DNA of 36,717 bases from the NCBI GenBank assembly GCA_902385045.1, contig CABMDW010000108.1, positions 1 through 36,717 on the forward strand, in the 5' to 3' direction. Within the stretch, counting starts at the first letter, position 1. Each line of letters starts with the position of its first letter. The translations under genes and the position numbers were made by a program. This DNA comes from an uncultured archaeon (GTDB lineage: Archaea > Micrarchaeota > Micrarchaeia > Norongarragalinales > CABMDW01). Of the stretch, positions 9,478 through 19,852 are shown one piece after another. Under the pieces are notes generated by a model that was given only the letters and a program-made list of their open reading frames with translations, was not told the origin of the DNA and searched no databases.

Positions 9478-11748
9478 TTAATGAACAAAAAACTTTTGTA
9501 AAGGCTTCATTAGCTCGCTAACTTGCATCCAAACTAAAGCCCAAAGCCAAACTAGCAAGACTATTGAAAGAGGTATTTGAACCATCAAAAATCCAAATAA
9601 AGCGAAACAAGTAGCAACCAATTGAGTTATAGTAGTGGCAAGGAGTACTTGCATGCTTGGGAGATACTTGTACCATTTTTCAGAAGTATGGGCTACGTAA
9701 ATCAACATGTGACCCGATACAGTTAGTTTAAGAAAGAAGGCAGTCTGTATCAATGCAATATTCAAGTGTAAAATGTCCTTTAGAATAAAGAAAAATAACA
9801 CACTGTTAATAATTCCAACTACTCCAAAAAGACAACTCAATATTAGTCTGGCTTTAGCGTTTATTTTAGCGGGATTAGTTCCAATCTTAACATGATTATA
9901 TGCAAGCGAAACAATTGGTAGATCATTCAATATGGATAATAAGATCAATTGAATAGGGAGAAGAGGATAAGAACCAGTCATTAAACCTAAAATAACTATG
10001 GTTCCAATTAAACGGAAACTCTCAGAAATTCTATAAACTGAATAACTATAAAGTCTAGCAAAAATTTTCCTTGACTCTAGAATAGCGTCTCTGATAACAG
10101 ATATGCCTGAAGAAAGCAAAACTATATCTGCAGAACTTTTAACAGCATCTAATGCATTACTGACTGCAATCCCAATATTTGCAGCCTTTATAGCAGGCAA
10201 ATCATTAATCCCGTCTCCAGTCATAGCAACTACATGCTCACGCTTAGCAGTAGTTGCCAATTTTAATTTATCATCTGGAAGAACTTCTGCATAAATATCT
10301 TCTTCAGATAAACCAAGATCGTGACCTACTCTTTGAGCTATTGCAACATGGTCTCCAGTAACCATTTTGACTCTAACTCCATTATCTTTAAGAAAATCAA
10401 TAACATTTCTAGCATCAGCTCTTACAGGATCTGAAAGTAAAAGCAAGCCAGCTAAAGTCATGTTCGTATTATCAGCAGTTTTACTGAAAGCTACAGCAAG
10501 GGTTCTAAAACCAGTTTGAGCATAGATTTCTAAATCTTTTTCAAATCTTTTTTTAGTTTGATCATCAGTATTACAAAAACTTAAAATTACTTGAGGAGCA
10601 CCGACTGTTACGCTTATTTTATCATTCCCTAATTTTGCTATTGCGAAACTTCTTTTAGTCTTTGAATCAGCGGAGTTAAAATCTAGTATTTCATAACTAT
10701 TTTCCTGCTTGGTTTCAGTGTATTTTTTGATTATGCATTGACTAATAATACTACGAGAATCTTTTACTGAACTGAGAAAAGCATAGAATAAAACTTCTTG
10801 TTCCTTTGAAGAATAAGGAATTACCTTTTCAATCCCTATTTGATTAGTAGTGAGAGTTCCGGTTTTGTCAGTAAAAAGAATGTCAAATGTAGCTAAATCT
10901 TCAAGAGAAGACAAACGTCTTACTATAACGTTTTCAGATGAAAGTTTCAATACGCCTAAACTTATTATCAAAGTCATTACTGTAGGAAGAGCTATAGGAA
11001 TTCCAGCAATAGCTAAGCTTAGACCTAATTCCAAAATATCAGTAATGGGAGATCCTCGTAAAAAGAAAACAACTGCAACTATTACTATTCCTAATAAACT
11101 GACTATTGAAAGAAATTTTGCAATATCTAAAATATCTTTTTCTAAAACGCTTTTCTTTTCTATTTTTTCTACTGATTGTAAGGTTTTACCAAAATAAGTT
11201 TTAGAGCCGATAAATTCTACTGTAGCCTTGCAAAGACCAGTAACAACGAAAGAACCAGAATAAATTTTGTCATTATTCTTCTTTTCTTTAGGTAAAGATT
11301 CTCCGGTTAAAGTAGCATCACTAATGGTAAAATTTTCGCTCTCAACAACTTCAACGTCAGCAGGAACAATATCTCCCATAGCTAACTCTATAAAATCACC
11401 AGGAACTAAGTCTATAGAATTAACCCATATCCAAGAATTATCTCGAAAGACTTTAACATTAATTTGTAATTTTTCATTAAGCTTTTTTATTGCATTATCT
11501 GCTTTTCTTTCTTGCCAAAAGCTCAAACCAGAATTAACCATTAATAAAACTAGAATAAAGTAAAAATCAAACAATTTTCCAGAAATATAAGATAAAACTG
11601 CTGCAATAAGAAACATTATTTTGATAGGAGTAGGCTTGAATATTTTTAATATTATACTTGGTTTCCTTTCTTCAATCTTATTTTTACCGTATTCTTTACT
11701 TCTATCCTGAACTTCGCTGCTGGTAAGCCCTAGTGTTTTAGTTTCCAC
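9478..11748 (-). CDS. P-type ATPase, P3A (plasma-membrane proton-efflux type)
   Basis: LTGES, GIPIALP, DKTGTLT, VTGDH, TGDGIND, and ILNDLP in TM6 (proton-site Asp). Confidence 0.88.
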   Translation of the reverse strand: METKTLGLTSSEVQDRSKEYGKNKIEERKPSIILKIFKPTPIKIMFLIAAVLSYISGKLFDFYFILVLLMVNSGLSFWQERKADNAIKKLNEKLQINVKVFRDNSWIWVNSIDLVPGDFIELAMGDIVPADVEVVESENFTISDATLTGESLPKEKKNNDKIYSGSFVVTGLCKATVEFIGSKTYFGKTLQSVEKIEKKSVLEKDILDIAKFLSIVSLLGIVIVAVVFFLRGSPITDILELGLSLAIAGIPIALPTVMTLIISLGVLKLSSENVIVRRLSSLEDLATFDILFTDKTGTLTTNQIGIEKVIPYSSKEQEVLFYAFLSSVKDSRSIISQCIIKKYTETKQENSYEILDFNSADSKTKRSFAIAKLGNDKISVTVGAPQVILSFCNTDDQTKKRFEKDLEIYAQTGFRTLAVAFSKTADNTNMTLAGLLLLSDPVRADARNVIDFLKDNGVRVKMVTGDHVAIAQRVGHDLGLSEEDIYAEVLPDDKLKLATTAKREHVVAMTGDGINDLPAIKAANIGIAVSNALDAVKSSADIVLLSSGISVIRDAILESRKIFARLYSYSVYRISESFRLIGTIVILGLMTGSYPLLPIQLILLSILNDLPIVSLAYNHVKIGTNPAKINAKARLILSCLFGVVGIINSVLFFFILKDILHLNIALIQTAFFLKLTVSGHMLIYVAHTSEKWYKYLPSMQVLLATTITQLVATCFALFGFLMVQIPLSIVLLVWLWALVWMQVSELMKPLQKFFVH

Positions 11749-11807
11749 AGTAGTTACAAAATTTTAATGCTTATAAATGTTTCTTGAAATTAGAAGCTAT
11801 CTAAAAA

Positions 11808-12434
11808 TTATTTTAAAGATGCTAAAATGTTAGTGATTGCCTTTGAAGAAAGTTCTCCGATGCCACTAGTTATGAAGCTAATTGCAACTGCAGTAAGTAA
11901 TAAGCCCATAACTCTCGAAAGTATGTCAAGAGTATCTTTTCCAAGAGTATTTTGCAACCATGCAGCTTGTCTCAATAAAACATAAGTTAAAAATAAGGAA
12001 AGAAAACCTGCAAACAATGTCACCAAAATCCCATAACTAGCTACTGAAAGAATGGTAATAGTAATAACACCAGGACCAGTAATCAAAGGAACACCAATAA
12101 TTATTGCAGAAGCACTAGGATCTTTTGAATCCTTGTCTCCAAAATCCAAATTTAATACCAATTCAATTCCTAAAAGAACCAAAATAATTCCTCCAGCAAT
12201 CTTAAAATCAGAAATAGTTATTCCAAACCAACCGAAAATAAAAGTTCCAGCAAAAGCAAAAAGAAGAATGGGAATAGCAGCAACAATAATAGCCTTATTG
12301 GCAGCAGCTATTTTATCAAGATTAGTAAACTTTTTTGTTACTGAAAGGAATGCGGGAATACTGACAAACGGATCCATAATAACAAAGAACTGGATAAACG
12401 TTTCAAGAAAACCGGTCCAAGAAAAATCAACCAT
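11808..12434 (-). CDS. MarC-family membrane protein
   Basis: MDPF, FKIAGGIIL, PLITGPG, SRVMGLLL. Confidence 0.93.
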   Translation of the reverse strand: MVDFSWTGFLETFIQFFVIMDPFVSIPAFLSVTKKFTNLDKIAAANKAIIVAAIPILLFAFAGTFIFGWFGITISDFKIAGGIILVLLGIELVLNLDFGDKDSKDPSASAIIIGVPLITGPGVITITILSVASYGILVTLFAGFLSLFLTYVLLRQAAWLQNTLGKDTLDILSRVMGLLLTAVAISFITSGIGELSSKAITNILASLK

Positions 12435-12455
12435 ACTGCAATAATAAAAAACTTA

Positions 12456-12989
12456 ATGCTTATAATGATTGACATGAAAGAAATAATACTCTCAAAAAGA
12501 GCTGTAAAAAGAATTACTACTGATAGACTTAAGGAAGTAGAACACGAATTAAGCGTAAAAATAAAAAGAGAAGGAGAATTCTTTGAAATAGATGGAGAGG
12601 CTATTAATGAATGGATTGCTGAAAACGTTTTACAAGCCATTGGAATGGGATTTCTACTGAAAGATGCTTTGAAACTCAAGAATGACGAGTATTACTTGGA
12701 AAAGAGCAGCATTTCAGAATACTTTGGAAATAAAGAAAAACTAGTCAAAAGATATTCTGCAAGATTGATTGGAAGAAATGGAACAGTCAAAAAAAATATT
12801 GAAAGCTTGACTGATGTTAAGATAATAGTAGACGATGAAGAAGATGAACTAGGATTGATTGGAACCTATGAAGACTTGAAAGTAACCAAAAAAGCAATTC
12901 AAATGATTTTCGAGGGACTAAATCACGCAACAGTATTCAAATTCCTAGAAAGAAAAAGGGAAGCTAACAAATTCGCTAATTTAAGATAA
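12456..12989 (+). CDS. KH-domain rRNA-processing protein (Dim2/Pno1/Krr1-like)
   Basis: AIGMGF, RLIGRNGTVKKNIESLT (KH GxxG), GLNHATVFKFLE; the real start may be a few codons downstream. Confidence 0.88.
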   Translation: MLIMIDMKEIILSKRAVKRITTDRLKEVEHELSVKIKREGEFFEIDGEAINEWIAENVLQAIGMGFLLKDALKLKNDEYYLEKSSISEYFGNKEKLVKRYSARLIGRNGTVKKNIESLTDVKIIVDDEEDELGLIGTYEDLKVTKKAIQMIFEGLNHATVFKFLERKREANKFANLR

Positions 12990-13010
12990 AAAAATAAAAT
13001 TAAAAAAGAA

Positions 13011-14984
13011 TTACAGCAAGTGTAATCCATACATTAAGATTGCACTTGCAAATACTAGTGAGATAGTATTCAATACTTTGATCAAAGAATTCAAAGCTGG
13101 ACCAGCAGTATCTTTGAAAGGATCTCCTACAGTGTCTCCTACTACTGCTGCCTTGTGAGTATCACTTCCTTTTCCTCCAAAACTTCCTTGTTCAATGTAC
13201 TTCTTTGCATTATCCCATGCTGCTCCACTTGTTGACATCATTAACGCTAGTAAGAATCCGCTTACTATTGATCCTGCTAGTAATCCTCCCAATGCTTGTG
13301 GACCTAAAATGAATCCTACTAATAATGGAGTTAATACTGCAAGTATTCCTGGAATTAATAATTGTGATAACGATGCTTTAGTGCAAATGTCAACACATTT
13401 TGCGTAATCTGGTTTTGCTTTTCCAGCCATTAATCCTTTGATTGTCTTGAATTGTCTTCGTACTTCTTCTACTATTGAAAAAGCGGCTGTTCCCACTGCT
13501 TTCATTAAGAATGAAGCGAAGATGAATGGAAGCATTCCTCCAATGAATAATCCAACTACTACTCCAGGAGTTAACAGGTTGAATACAGTTACGTGTGTTG
13601 CTTCAGCGAATGCAGCAAATAATGCTAGTGCACCTAGTGCTGCTCCTGCGATTGCAAATCCTTTTGTAGTTGCTTTAGTAGTGTTTCCTACTGCATCTAA
13701 TTCGTCAGTAATTTTTCTAACACTTTGAGGCAATCCTGACATTTCAGCAATTCCTCCTGCGTTGTCAGTGATTGGACCATAAGCATCTAATGCAATTACT
13801 ATTCCAGTCATTGAAAGCATTGCAACTGCAGCTAATGCAATTCCATATAATCCAGCCAAATTATAACTTAGAATTATTGCTCCAATGATTAGCAAGACAG
13901 GTAATGCAGTGCTTTGTAATCCTACTGCTAGTCCTTGTATCAAGTTTGTTCCTGCTCCAGTTTTTGAAGCATTTGCAATACTTTTAACTGGATAGAATTC
14001 TTTTGCAGTATAGTATTCTGTTATTTTGAAAATCAAGATTGTAACTAAAACTCCTACTAAAGTAGTGTAAAATAATTTTGAATCTCCTGCAGTTACTAAG
14101 TAGAAACCTCCAATTGCGAATAAAGCAGTAGCCCATAATCCTTTATACAAAGCTTTCATGATCGACTTGTCCCTTCCTACTTTCACAAAGTTCAATCCGA
14201 TGATTGTAGCTAATGCTCCAACTGAAGCTACTAGTAAAGGTAAGAAAACATATTCGGTTCCTAAAGCCGTTCCTAAAAGCATTGCTGATAAAACAGTTAC
14301 TCCATAAGATTCAAACAAGTCTGCAGCCATTCCAGCACAATCTCCCACATTATCTCCGACATTGTCAGCTATTACTGCAGGATTTCTTGGATCATCTTCA
14401 GGAATATTCTTTTCAACCTTTCCAACTAAGTCAGCTCCAACATCCGCCGCCTTAGTATAAATTCCTCCTCCAACTCTAGCGAATAATGAAATTAATGAAG
14501 CTCCAAAACCAAATCCAATGATAACAGTAACACTGTTAAACATCCAAAATAAAATGCTCAAAGCTACTAAGCATAATCCAACTAGCATTAATCCGGTGAC
14601 ACTTCCTCCTTTGAAGGCAACTCCTAAAGCATCATGTAATCCATTCTTTGCTGCTTCAGCAGTTCTAACATTAGCTCTTACTGAAACCATCATTCCAATG
14701 AATCCAGCTAGGCCAGAAGTAATTACTCCGACTAAGAATGCAATTCCTACATTCCAATTAATGAAGTATCCTACGGCTAAAAATAATAAAATCAAGTAAG
14801 GTAGTAAAGTTTTGTATTGTCTTAACAAGAAAGCAGTAGCTCCTTGCTTAATTGCCATGGAAATATCTTGCATTTTAGCATTTCCAGAACTCTTTTTCAT
14901 TACGTGTACAATCAAGTAAACAGCAAAAATTAGTGTAATAATCCCACTAAGGAAAGCAACCCATACTGTATCTAACAAATCCAA
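13011..14984 (-). CDS. hppA: Membrane-bound H+-translocating pyrophosphatase (K+-independent signature)
   Basis: GGGIYTKAADVGADLVGKVE, EDDPRNP, DNVGDNVGD, DAYGPITDNAGGIAEM, GNTTKA, GDTVGDPFKDTAGP. Confidence 0.96.
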   Translation of the reverse strand: MDLLDTVWVAFLSGIITLIFAVYLIVHVMKKSSGNAKMQDISMAIKQGATAFLLRQYKTLLPYLILLFLAVGYFINWNVGIAFLVGVITSGLAGFIGMMVSVRANVRTAEAAKNGLHDALGVAFKGGSVTGLMLVGLCLVALSILFWMFNSVTVIIGFGFGASLISLFARVGGGIYTKAADVGADLVGKVEKNIPEDDPRNPAVIADNVGDNVGDCAGMAADLFESYGVTVLSAMLLGTALGTEYVFLPLLVASVGALATIIGLNFVKVGRDKSIMKALYKGLWATALFAIGGFYLVTAGDSKLFYTTLVGVLVTILIFKITEYYTAKEFYPVKSIANASKTGAGTNLIQGLAVGLQSTALPVLLIIGAIILSYNLAGLYGIALAAVAMLSMTGIVIALDAYGPITDNAGGIAEMSGLPQSVRKITDELDAVGNTTKATTKGFAIAGAALGALALFAAFAEATHVTVFNLLTPGVVVGLFIGGMLPFIFASFLMKAVGTAAFSIVEEVRRQFKTIKGLMAGKAKPDYAKCVDICTKASLSQLLIPGILAVLTPLLVGFILGPQALGGLLAGSIVSGFLLALMMSTSGAAWDNAKKYIEQGSFGGKGSDTHKAAVVGDTVGDPFKDTAGPALNSLIKVLNTISLVFASAILMYGLHLL

Positions 14985-15060
14985 CCACCAAATTTAATTT
15001 TAAAAATACAAAAATAATTTACTGAAACAATCTTTTAAAAGATAATTGTTTGAAAGGAAA

Positions 15061-15630
15061 TTAAATTACGGATAAAATAAAGGCAATTAACAGAAAATGC
15101 AGGGTTCTTCCCACTATTACTCCAACTAAAAACCTCCACGAATCCATATCAAACAATCCTGCGAAAAAACAAACCACGTCAAAAACTGCCGCAAAAGGAA
15201 TTATGCCTATAAGTAACACTGCATAGTCTCCATAATCTTCAAAATAGCGTTTTATAGTTACAAAGAACCTGTGACCCGTAAATTTTTGCACTTTTTCTTT
15301 TAAACTCCAGGCAATCCAAAAACTGGCTACAGACCCAATTGTAGAAGCTAAAATAGATAATCCAATGAGAGACCATTTCTGTGAGTAAAAAGAAAAAGCA
15401 GTTATGAATACGGCGTCAATGGGAAAGGGAACAGGAAGAGAACCAAAGGTCATTACTGAAAAATAACCGAAAAGCCCATGGCCTTCTAAATAACTTTTTA
15501 AGTCAGCTTTAACGTTTGGAAAAAAAGCAAAAAGTAGGAAGAGGACGATCAGAGAACCTACTAGTAAAAGGAACCCCCAACCAACATCGCTTGCTAAAGT
15601 TTTATTCTTTTTGACAAACTCCTTTAGCAT
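15061..15630 (-). CDS. DedA/VTT (YqaA-like) membrane protein
   Basis: PFPID, ASTIGS, FFAGLF...RFL...GR pattern of the DedA superfamily. Confidence 0.85.
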   Translation of the reverse strand: MLKEFVKKNKTLASDVGWGFLLLVGSLIVLFLLFAFFPNVKADLKSYLEGHGLFGYFSVMTFGSLPVPFPIDAVFITAFSFYSQKWSLIGLSILASTIGSVASFWIAWSLKEKVQKFTGHRFFVTIKRYFEDYGDYAVLLIGIIPFAAVFDVVCFFAGLFDMDSWRFLVGVIVGRTLHFLLIAFILSVI

Positions 15631-15686
15631 GTATTTAAATGGAATTTATAATTGAAAAGCCTTTGTCGTAAACAAATACGACAGGA

Positions 15687-16409
15687 TTAAAGTTTCTTGG
15701 AAAGTGTTGAAAAGTAGTGTGAAGCTTCGGTTAAACTTTGAATTGTTCCGACATCACTCCAGTAATTTTCTATTATCGAATAGCTTAATTGATTTTGTAA
15801 AGCCAAATGAGAAAACAAGTCGGTGATTTCATACTCTCCTCTTTCTGAAGGAGTTATTTTCTTAATGTAGTCAAAAACGCTGGAATCTAGAAAATAAAGT
15901 CCAGTTATTGCCAAATTGCTTTTAGGAGCCTTGGGTTTTTCAACTATTTTCAAAATCTTGTTTCCATTTACTTCAGCAACTCCGTACCGTGACGGATCTG
16001 AAACTTTCTTTAAAAAAAGCATTCCATTAAACTTAGATTTTTTAAAAGAATCTAATTCTTTCTTAAAACAATCTTGAAAAACATTATCTCCAGCCATTAC
16101 TACGAATTTATCTCCGTTAACAAAACGTTCCGCTTGAAGTACTGCATTAGCAGTTCCTTTTCTTTCGTTTTGAACTACATAAGAAGCTTTGACTCCCCAA
16201 TCACTACCATCGCCAATTAATTTTATTATTCCTTCACAATTATCTCTTCCGATTACAACTAAAACTTGAGTTACTCCAGAACATACTAAAGTATTCAAAG
16301 CATGTAAGATCATTGGCTTGTCATAAACAGGAACTAACATTTTACTAGTTGCAAGGGTTAACGGTTTCAAACGAGTTCCCAACCCAGCTGCAAGTAAAAC
16401 GCCTTTCAT
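15687..16409 (-). CDS. Sugar-1-phosphate nucleotidyltransferase (RfbA/RmlA-like)
   Basis: LAAGLGTRLKPLT, K...PVYDKPMI, GDN, YGV, EKP, RGEYEITD, WSDVGT. Confidence 0.92.
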   Translation of the reverse strand: MKGVLLAAGLGTRLKPLTLATSKMLVPVYDKPMILHALNTLVCSGVTQVLVVIGRDNCEGIIKLIGDGSDWGVKASYVVQNERKGTANAVLQAERFVNGDKFVVMAGDNVFQDCFKKELDSFKKSKFNGMLFLKKVSDPSRYGVAEVNGNKILKIVEKPKAPKSNLAITGLYFLDSSVFDYIKKITPSERGEYEITDLFSHLALQNQLSYSIIENYWSDVGTIQSLTEASHYFSTLSKKL

Positions 16410-16457
16410 AACAAGTAAGAAATACTAAGGACCTTAAAATAATTTCTGGTAAAACAA

Positions 16458-17612
16458 ATGTTTGAAGAAAAACTTAAAGAGAGATTTGACTTGGCTACTA
16501 GTGTCACTTTTCAAGAATCTAAAAACATTTCAGTCTACAATTGGTTTTATTATAAAGAAGGATTTTCACCGAGACTAGTGAAAACATTCGTAAGAGAATA
16601 TTCTCTTGAAGGATTAGGTTTAGATGTTTTTTGTGGAACCGGAACCACTAATTTGGCATTATGTGAAATGGGTTTGAAAAATGTTGGGTTTGACTTCAAT
16701 CCATTACTAGCACTTGTAGCAGAAGTTAAAACTACAGAATTTGATTACGATAAAACAAGTTTACTAATTAAAAAAGTGATAAACGAAAAACCTAAAATTG
16801 ACTTTAATTGGAAGACGCAATTAGTTGAAGAAACAAAATACTTTACAAAACAAAATTACGATGAAATACTTGAATTGAGAGAATAAATATTCTCTCTTGA
16901 TGAAGGAATGGAAAAAAACTTTCTAAAAGTGGTACTAGCGTCAATGATAACTCCTTGCTCTTTCATTCACAAAGACGGAGGAGTGTTGAAAATAGAAAAG
17001 AGAAGCGTTCCTCCAGCTAAAAAATACTTTGAAAGAAAAGCAAAAGAAATGTTAAAAGAAGCCAAAAAAAGAATTCTTAAAGCTGAAAGCCAAATATTTC
17101 AAGTAGATTCCCGAGATTTTGAATTAAATAAAAAAGTAGATTTCATTATAACCAGCCCGCCTTACTTGAACAATGTAGACTATTCAAAAGTTTACGCTTT
17201 TGAAACCTCGCTAATATTTCCAAAAGAGTACCATGAATTCAGCAAAAATACTTTGAGAAGTCACGCTTTCTCTTCAGACAAAGACAATGAAGAATTTGAC
17301 TTGGATCAAATAAAGAAATTACTTGAAACAGACAGGGTTCCGCTTCAAGCCTTAAATTACTTAAGCGATTTAAAGAAAGTGATTAAGAATTGCTATAAGT
17401 ATACTAACAAAAATGCGAAAATATTTTTCAACGTAGCAAATGGCGTTTATGAAGAATCAAGACTAACTCTAGATAATGCACTAGCATTCCTAATGGAAGA
17501 AGAAGGTTTTGAAATTAATGAAATACTAGTCGCTAGAAAAATTCCTGTTTACTTGAAATCAGGAAATCGATTTACAACTAGAGAAAGCATAGTAGTAGCA
17601 GAAAAAAATTGA
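16458..17612 (+). pseudogene. Orphan amino (N4-C/N6-A) DNA methyltransferase interrupted by one in-frame TAA at 16884-16886
   Basis: ORFs 16458-16886 and 16908-17612 are in the same frame (..LELRE*IFSLDEGMEK..). Motif I DVFCGTGTT is in the first part and motif IV TSPPY in the second. True pseudogene versus base error is unresolved. Confidence 0.8.
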
Positions 17613-17624
17613 AAATAAAAAAAC

Positions 17625-18203
17625 TTATTCAAAATCTGCAGGTTGCTTGGCGAATTCTATTCCTTTTAATTCACAGTAAACTTTAGCCAATCCCCAGAAA
17701 ATTAAGGACAATGCCTTTCTTCCCTTGTTGTTAGTAGGAATTACAGCATCAACAAACTGTAAAGAATTATTAGTATCACACAATGCAATGACTGGAACAT
17801 TAATTTCAAAAGCTTCTTTCAAAGCCTGTTTGTCAACAGAAGGATCGGATAGAATAACCAAAGTAGGTTCTACAAAATCAGCTCTTGAAGGATTAGTAAA
17901 TCTACCTGGAGTAAATCTTCCAGCTATTACATTAGCTCCAATAACTTGACAAAAAGTCTTTATTGGTCTAATTGAATTGTCTTTCGAACCAATAACATAA
18001 ATGCCGCTAGCATCAAATTCTGAAAGCATTTTTGCCGCATTTCTTAAGCAGTCATCAGTTTTCTTTAGATCTAAGACGTGCAATCCGTCTTCTCTTGCCT
18101 TGTAAATATATGGTCTCATTGAACCGTGCTTTGTTTTGGTTCCAATGTGGACTCCTGCTTCTAATAATTTATCTTGTGGAATTACAAACTCTTGTTGACT
18201 CAT
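17625..18203 (-). CDS. rps2: 30S ribosomal protein uS2
   Basis: LEAGVHIG, GRFTPGRFTNP, PVIALCDT, IPTNNKGRKAL. Confidence 0.97.
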   Translation of the reverse strand: MSQQEFVIPQDKLLEAGVHIGTKTKHGSMRPYIYKAREDGLHVLDLKKTDDCLRNAAKMLSEFDASGIYVIGSKDNSIRPIKTFCQVIGANVIAGRFTPGRFTNPSRADFVEPTLVILSDPSVDKQALKEAFEINVPVIALCDTNNSLQFVDAVIPTNNKGRKALSLIFWGLAKVYCELKGIEFAKQPADFE

Positions 18204-18368
18204 TTAAAACACCTAAAAACCAGTTAGATTAATACTGTCTGGTTCGACTAGTAACAAATTCTTGAAACGTTAAGAAAACGGTTCAGTTGATTCGTTCCAG
18301 AAAAACTATGAAGAAAGTAGTTTAAAAACACAGTCATAAAAACAATTACTAACATATTTCTTACATCT

Positions 18369-18454
18369 GGAGGGGTAGCAAAGCCTGGTCAAATGCGCAG
18401 GGCTTAGAACTCTGTTACTTCGTGTATTCCTGGGTTCAAATCACAGCCCCTCCA
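18369..18454 (+). tRNA. tRNA-Leu (anticodon TAG), long variable arm, CCA not encoded
   Basis: Acceptor GGAGGGG/CCCCTCC, anticodon arm CAGGG-CTTAGAA-CTCTG, T-arm CTGGG-TTCAAAT-CACAG (one G.A mismatch at 18443), discriminator A. Confidence 0.93.
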
Positions 18455-18461
18455 CTAAAAC

Positions 18462-19016
18462 TTGCATTCAAAGAAAATCATTTTAAGCAATGAAGCCCTA
18501 ATTCGTCACGTGACACACAGAATTCTTGAAGCTGCTTTATTTTTAGCTAACAGACCTTTAACTAGAGAGGAATTAAGTAAAATTCTTCCTGGACAAAATA
18601 TAGATCAACTAGTTAATACGTTAAATCAATCTCTAGAAAATTCTTCTTTGGAAGTAATTTACGATGGAGATTCTGCCAGACTTCAAGTCAAACAAGAATT
18701 CTTGCCTAAAATTAAGGATTTGAGCAAAGGACCAGAACTAACTAGAAAAGGCATGAAAATTCTTGCGTTAATAGCTTCTAAAAAACAATTACTTCAGAAA
18801 GACTTGAAAAAATATTTCAGAGGAACATCTTACGATTACATTCACGAACTAGTAGAATTAGGATACTTGGAAAAACACAAGGACGGAAACAGTTGGTTGT
18901 TAAAACCTACGAAGAAATTTGAAGAACAATTTCAATTAGTACTCAAAAATGCTTCCGTTCCTAATACGAATTTAACTCAATTCTCTGAAAAAGAAGAAAC
19001 AGACTCTGACGAATAG
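18462..19016 (+). CDS. scpB: SMC-ScpAB subunit ScpB-like winged-helix protein
   Basis: ILEAALFLANRPL, ELTRKGMKILALIA, YDYIHELVELGYL, PTKKF; start uncertain (GTG at 18509 is possible). Confidence 0.82.
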   Translation: MHSKKIILSNEALIRHVTHRILEAALFLANRPLTREELSKILPGQNIDQLVNTLNQSLENSSLEVIYDGDSARLQVKQEFLPKIKDLSKGPELTRKGMKILALIASKKQLLQKDLKKYFRGTSYDYIHELVELGYLEKHKDGNSWLLKPTKKFEEQFQLVLKNASVPNTNLTQFSEKEETDSDE

Positions 19017-19074
19017 GATAACTTAATAATTTCAGAAAGCCAATAATATTTATTCAAACAAGGTGTTTTAAAAA

Positions 19075-19812
19075 ATGCATTTCGTAGTAAAAGACTCGAA
19101 GAATTTCAAAACTTATGTTGATGCCATAACTGTTTTAGTTGATGAAGGAAGTTTTCAAATTGATTCACAAGGAATTCACTTGAGGACAATGGATCCATCA
19201 CAAATTGCGTTAGTAGATTTTAATCTTCCTAAAGAAGGATTAAAAGAATTGAATGCAGAAGAAAAAATTTCCTTAAGCTTAAACTTGCTAGACTTAGGAA
19301 AAATACTTTCCAGAGGAAAAGCAGACGATACTTTAACTGTTACTTTAGAAGAAAAGGAATCAAAATTAATGCTTGAATTCAAAGGAAAAACAAAAAGAAG
19401 TTTTAAAGTTCCATTGCTTGACTTGAACACTCAACTTCCGAAAGAACCTAAAGTACCTTTTGATTCAACCATAAAAGTTAGTGGGGGAGAATTCAAAGAC
19501 ATGCTAAAAGATGCTGGACTAGTTTCTTCACATGTAGTAATTGAAGCAAGTCCAACTGAATTAATCGTAGAAGCTCATGGAGATTCAGGAGATGTCCGAA
19601 TAGAAACTCCAAAAGGAGATTCAATAAAAATAAATGCCACTCAAAAAACTAGATCTATGTTTCCGTTTGAATACTTGGATAACATTACTAAAAATTGTCC
19701 TGACACTACAGAAATAGAATTATCATTGAAAACAGATGCTCCAATTCGAATATCATATAATCTAGGGGAAGCAACTCTAGCATATTACTTGGCTCCAAGA
19801 GTAGAAAATTAG
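19075..19812 (+). CDS. pcn: DNA polymerase sliding clamp PCNA
   Basis: MDPSQIALVDF, DAPIRISY, YYLAPRVE; 245 aa; AGGTG upstream. Confidence 0.97.
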   Translation: MHFVVKDSKNFKTYVDAITVLVDEGSFQIDSQGIHLRTMDPSQIALVDFNLPKEGLKELNAEEKISLSLNLLDLGKILSRGKADDTLTVTLEEKESKLMLEFKGKTKRSFKVPLLDLNTQLPKEPKVPFDSTIKVSGGEFKDMLKDAGLVSSHVVIEASPTELIVEAHGDSGDVRIETPKGDSIKINATQKTRSMFPFEYLDNITKNCPDTTEIELSLKTDAPIRISYNLGEATLAYYLAPRVEN

Positions 19813-19852
19813 TTATAAAAGTATTTAAATACTCTAATTGTTTTTGTAAAGT

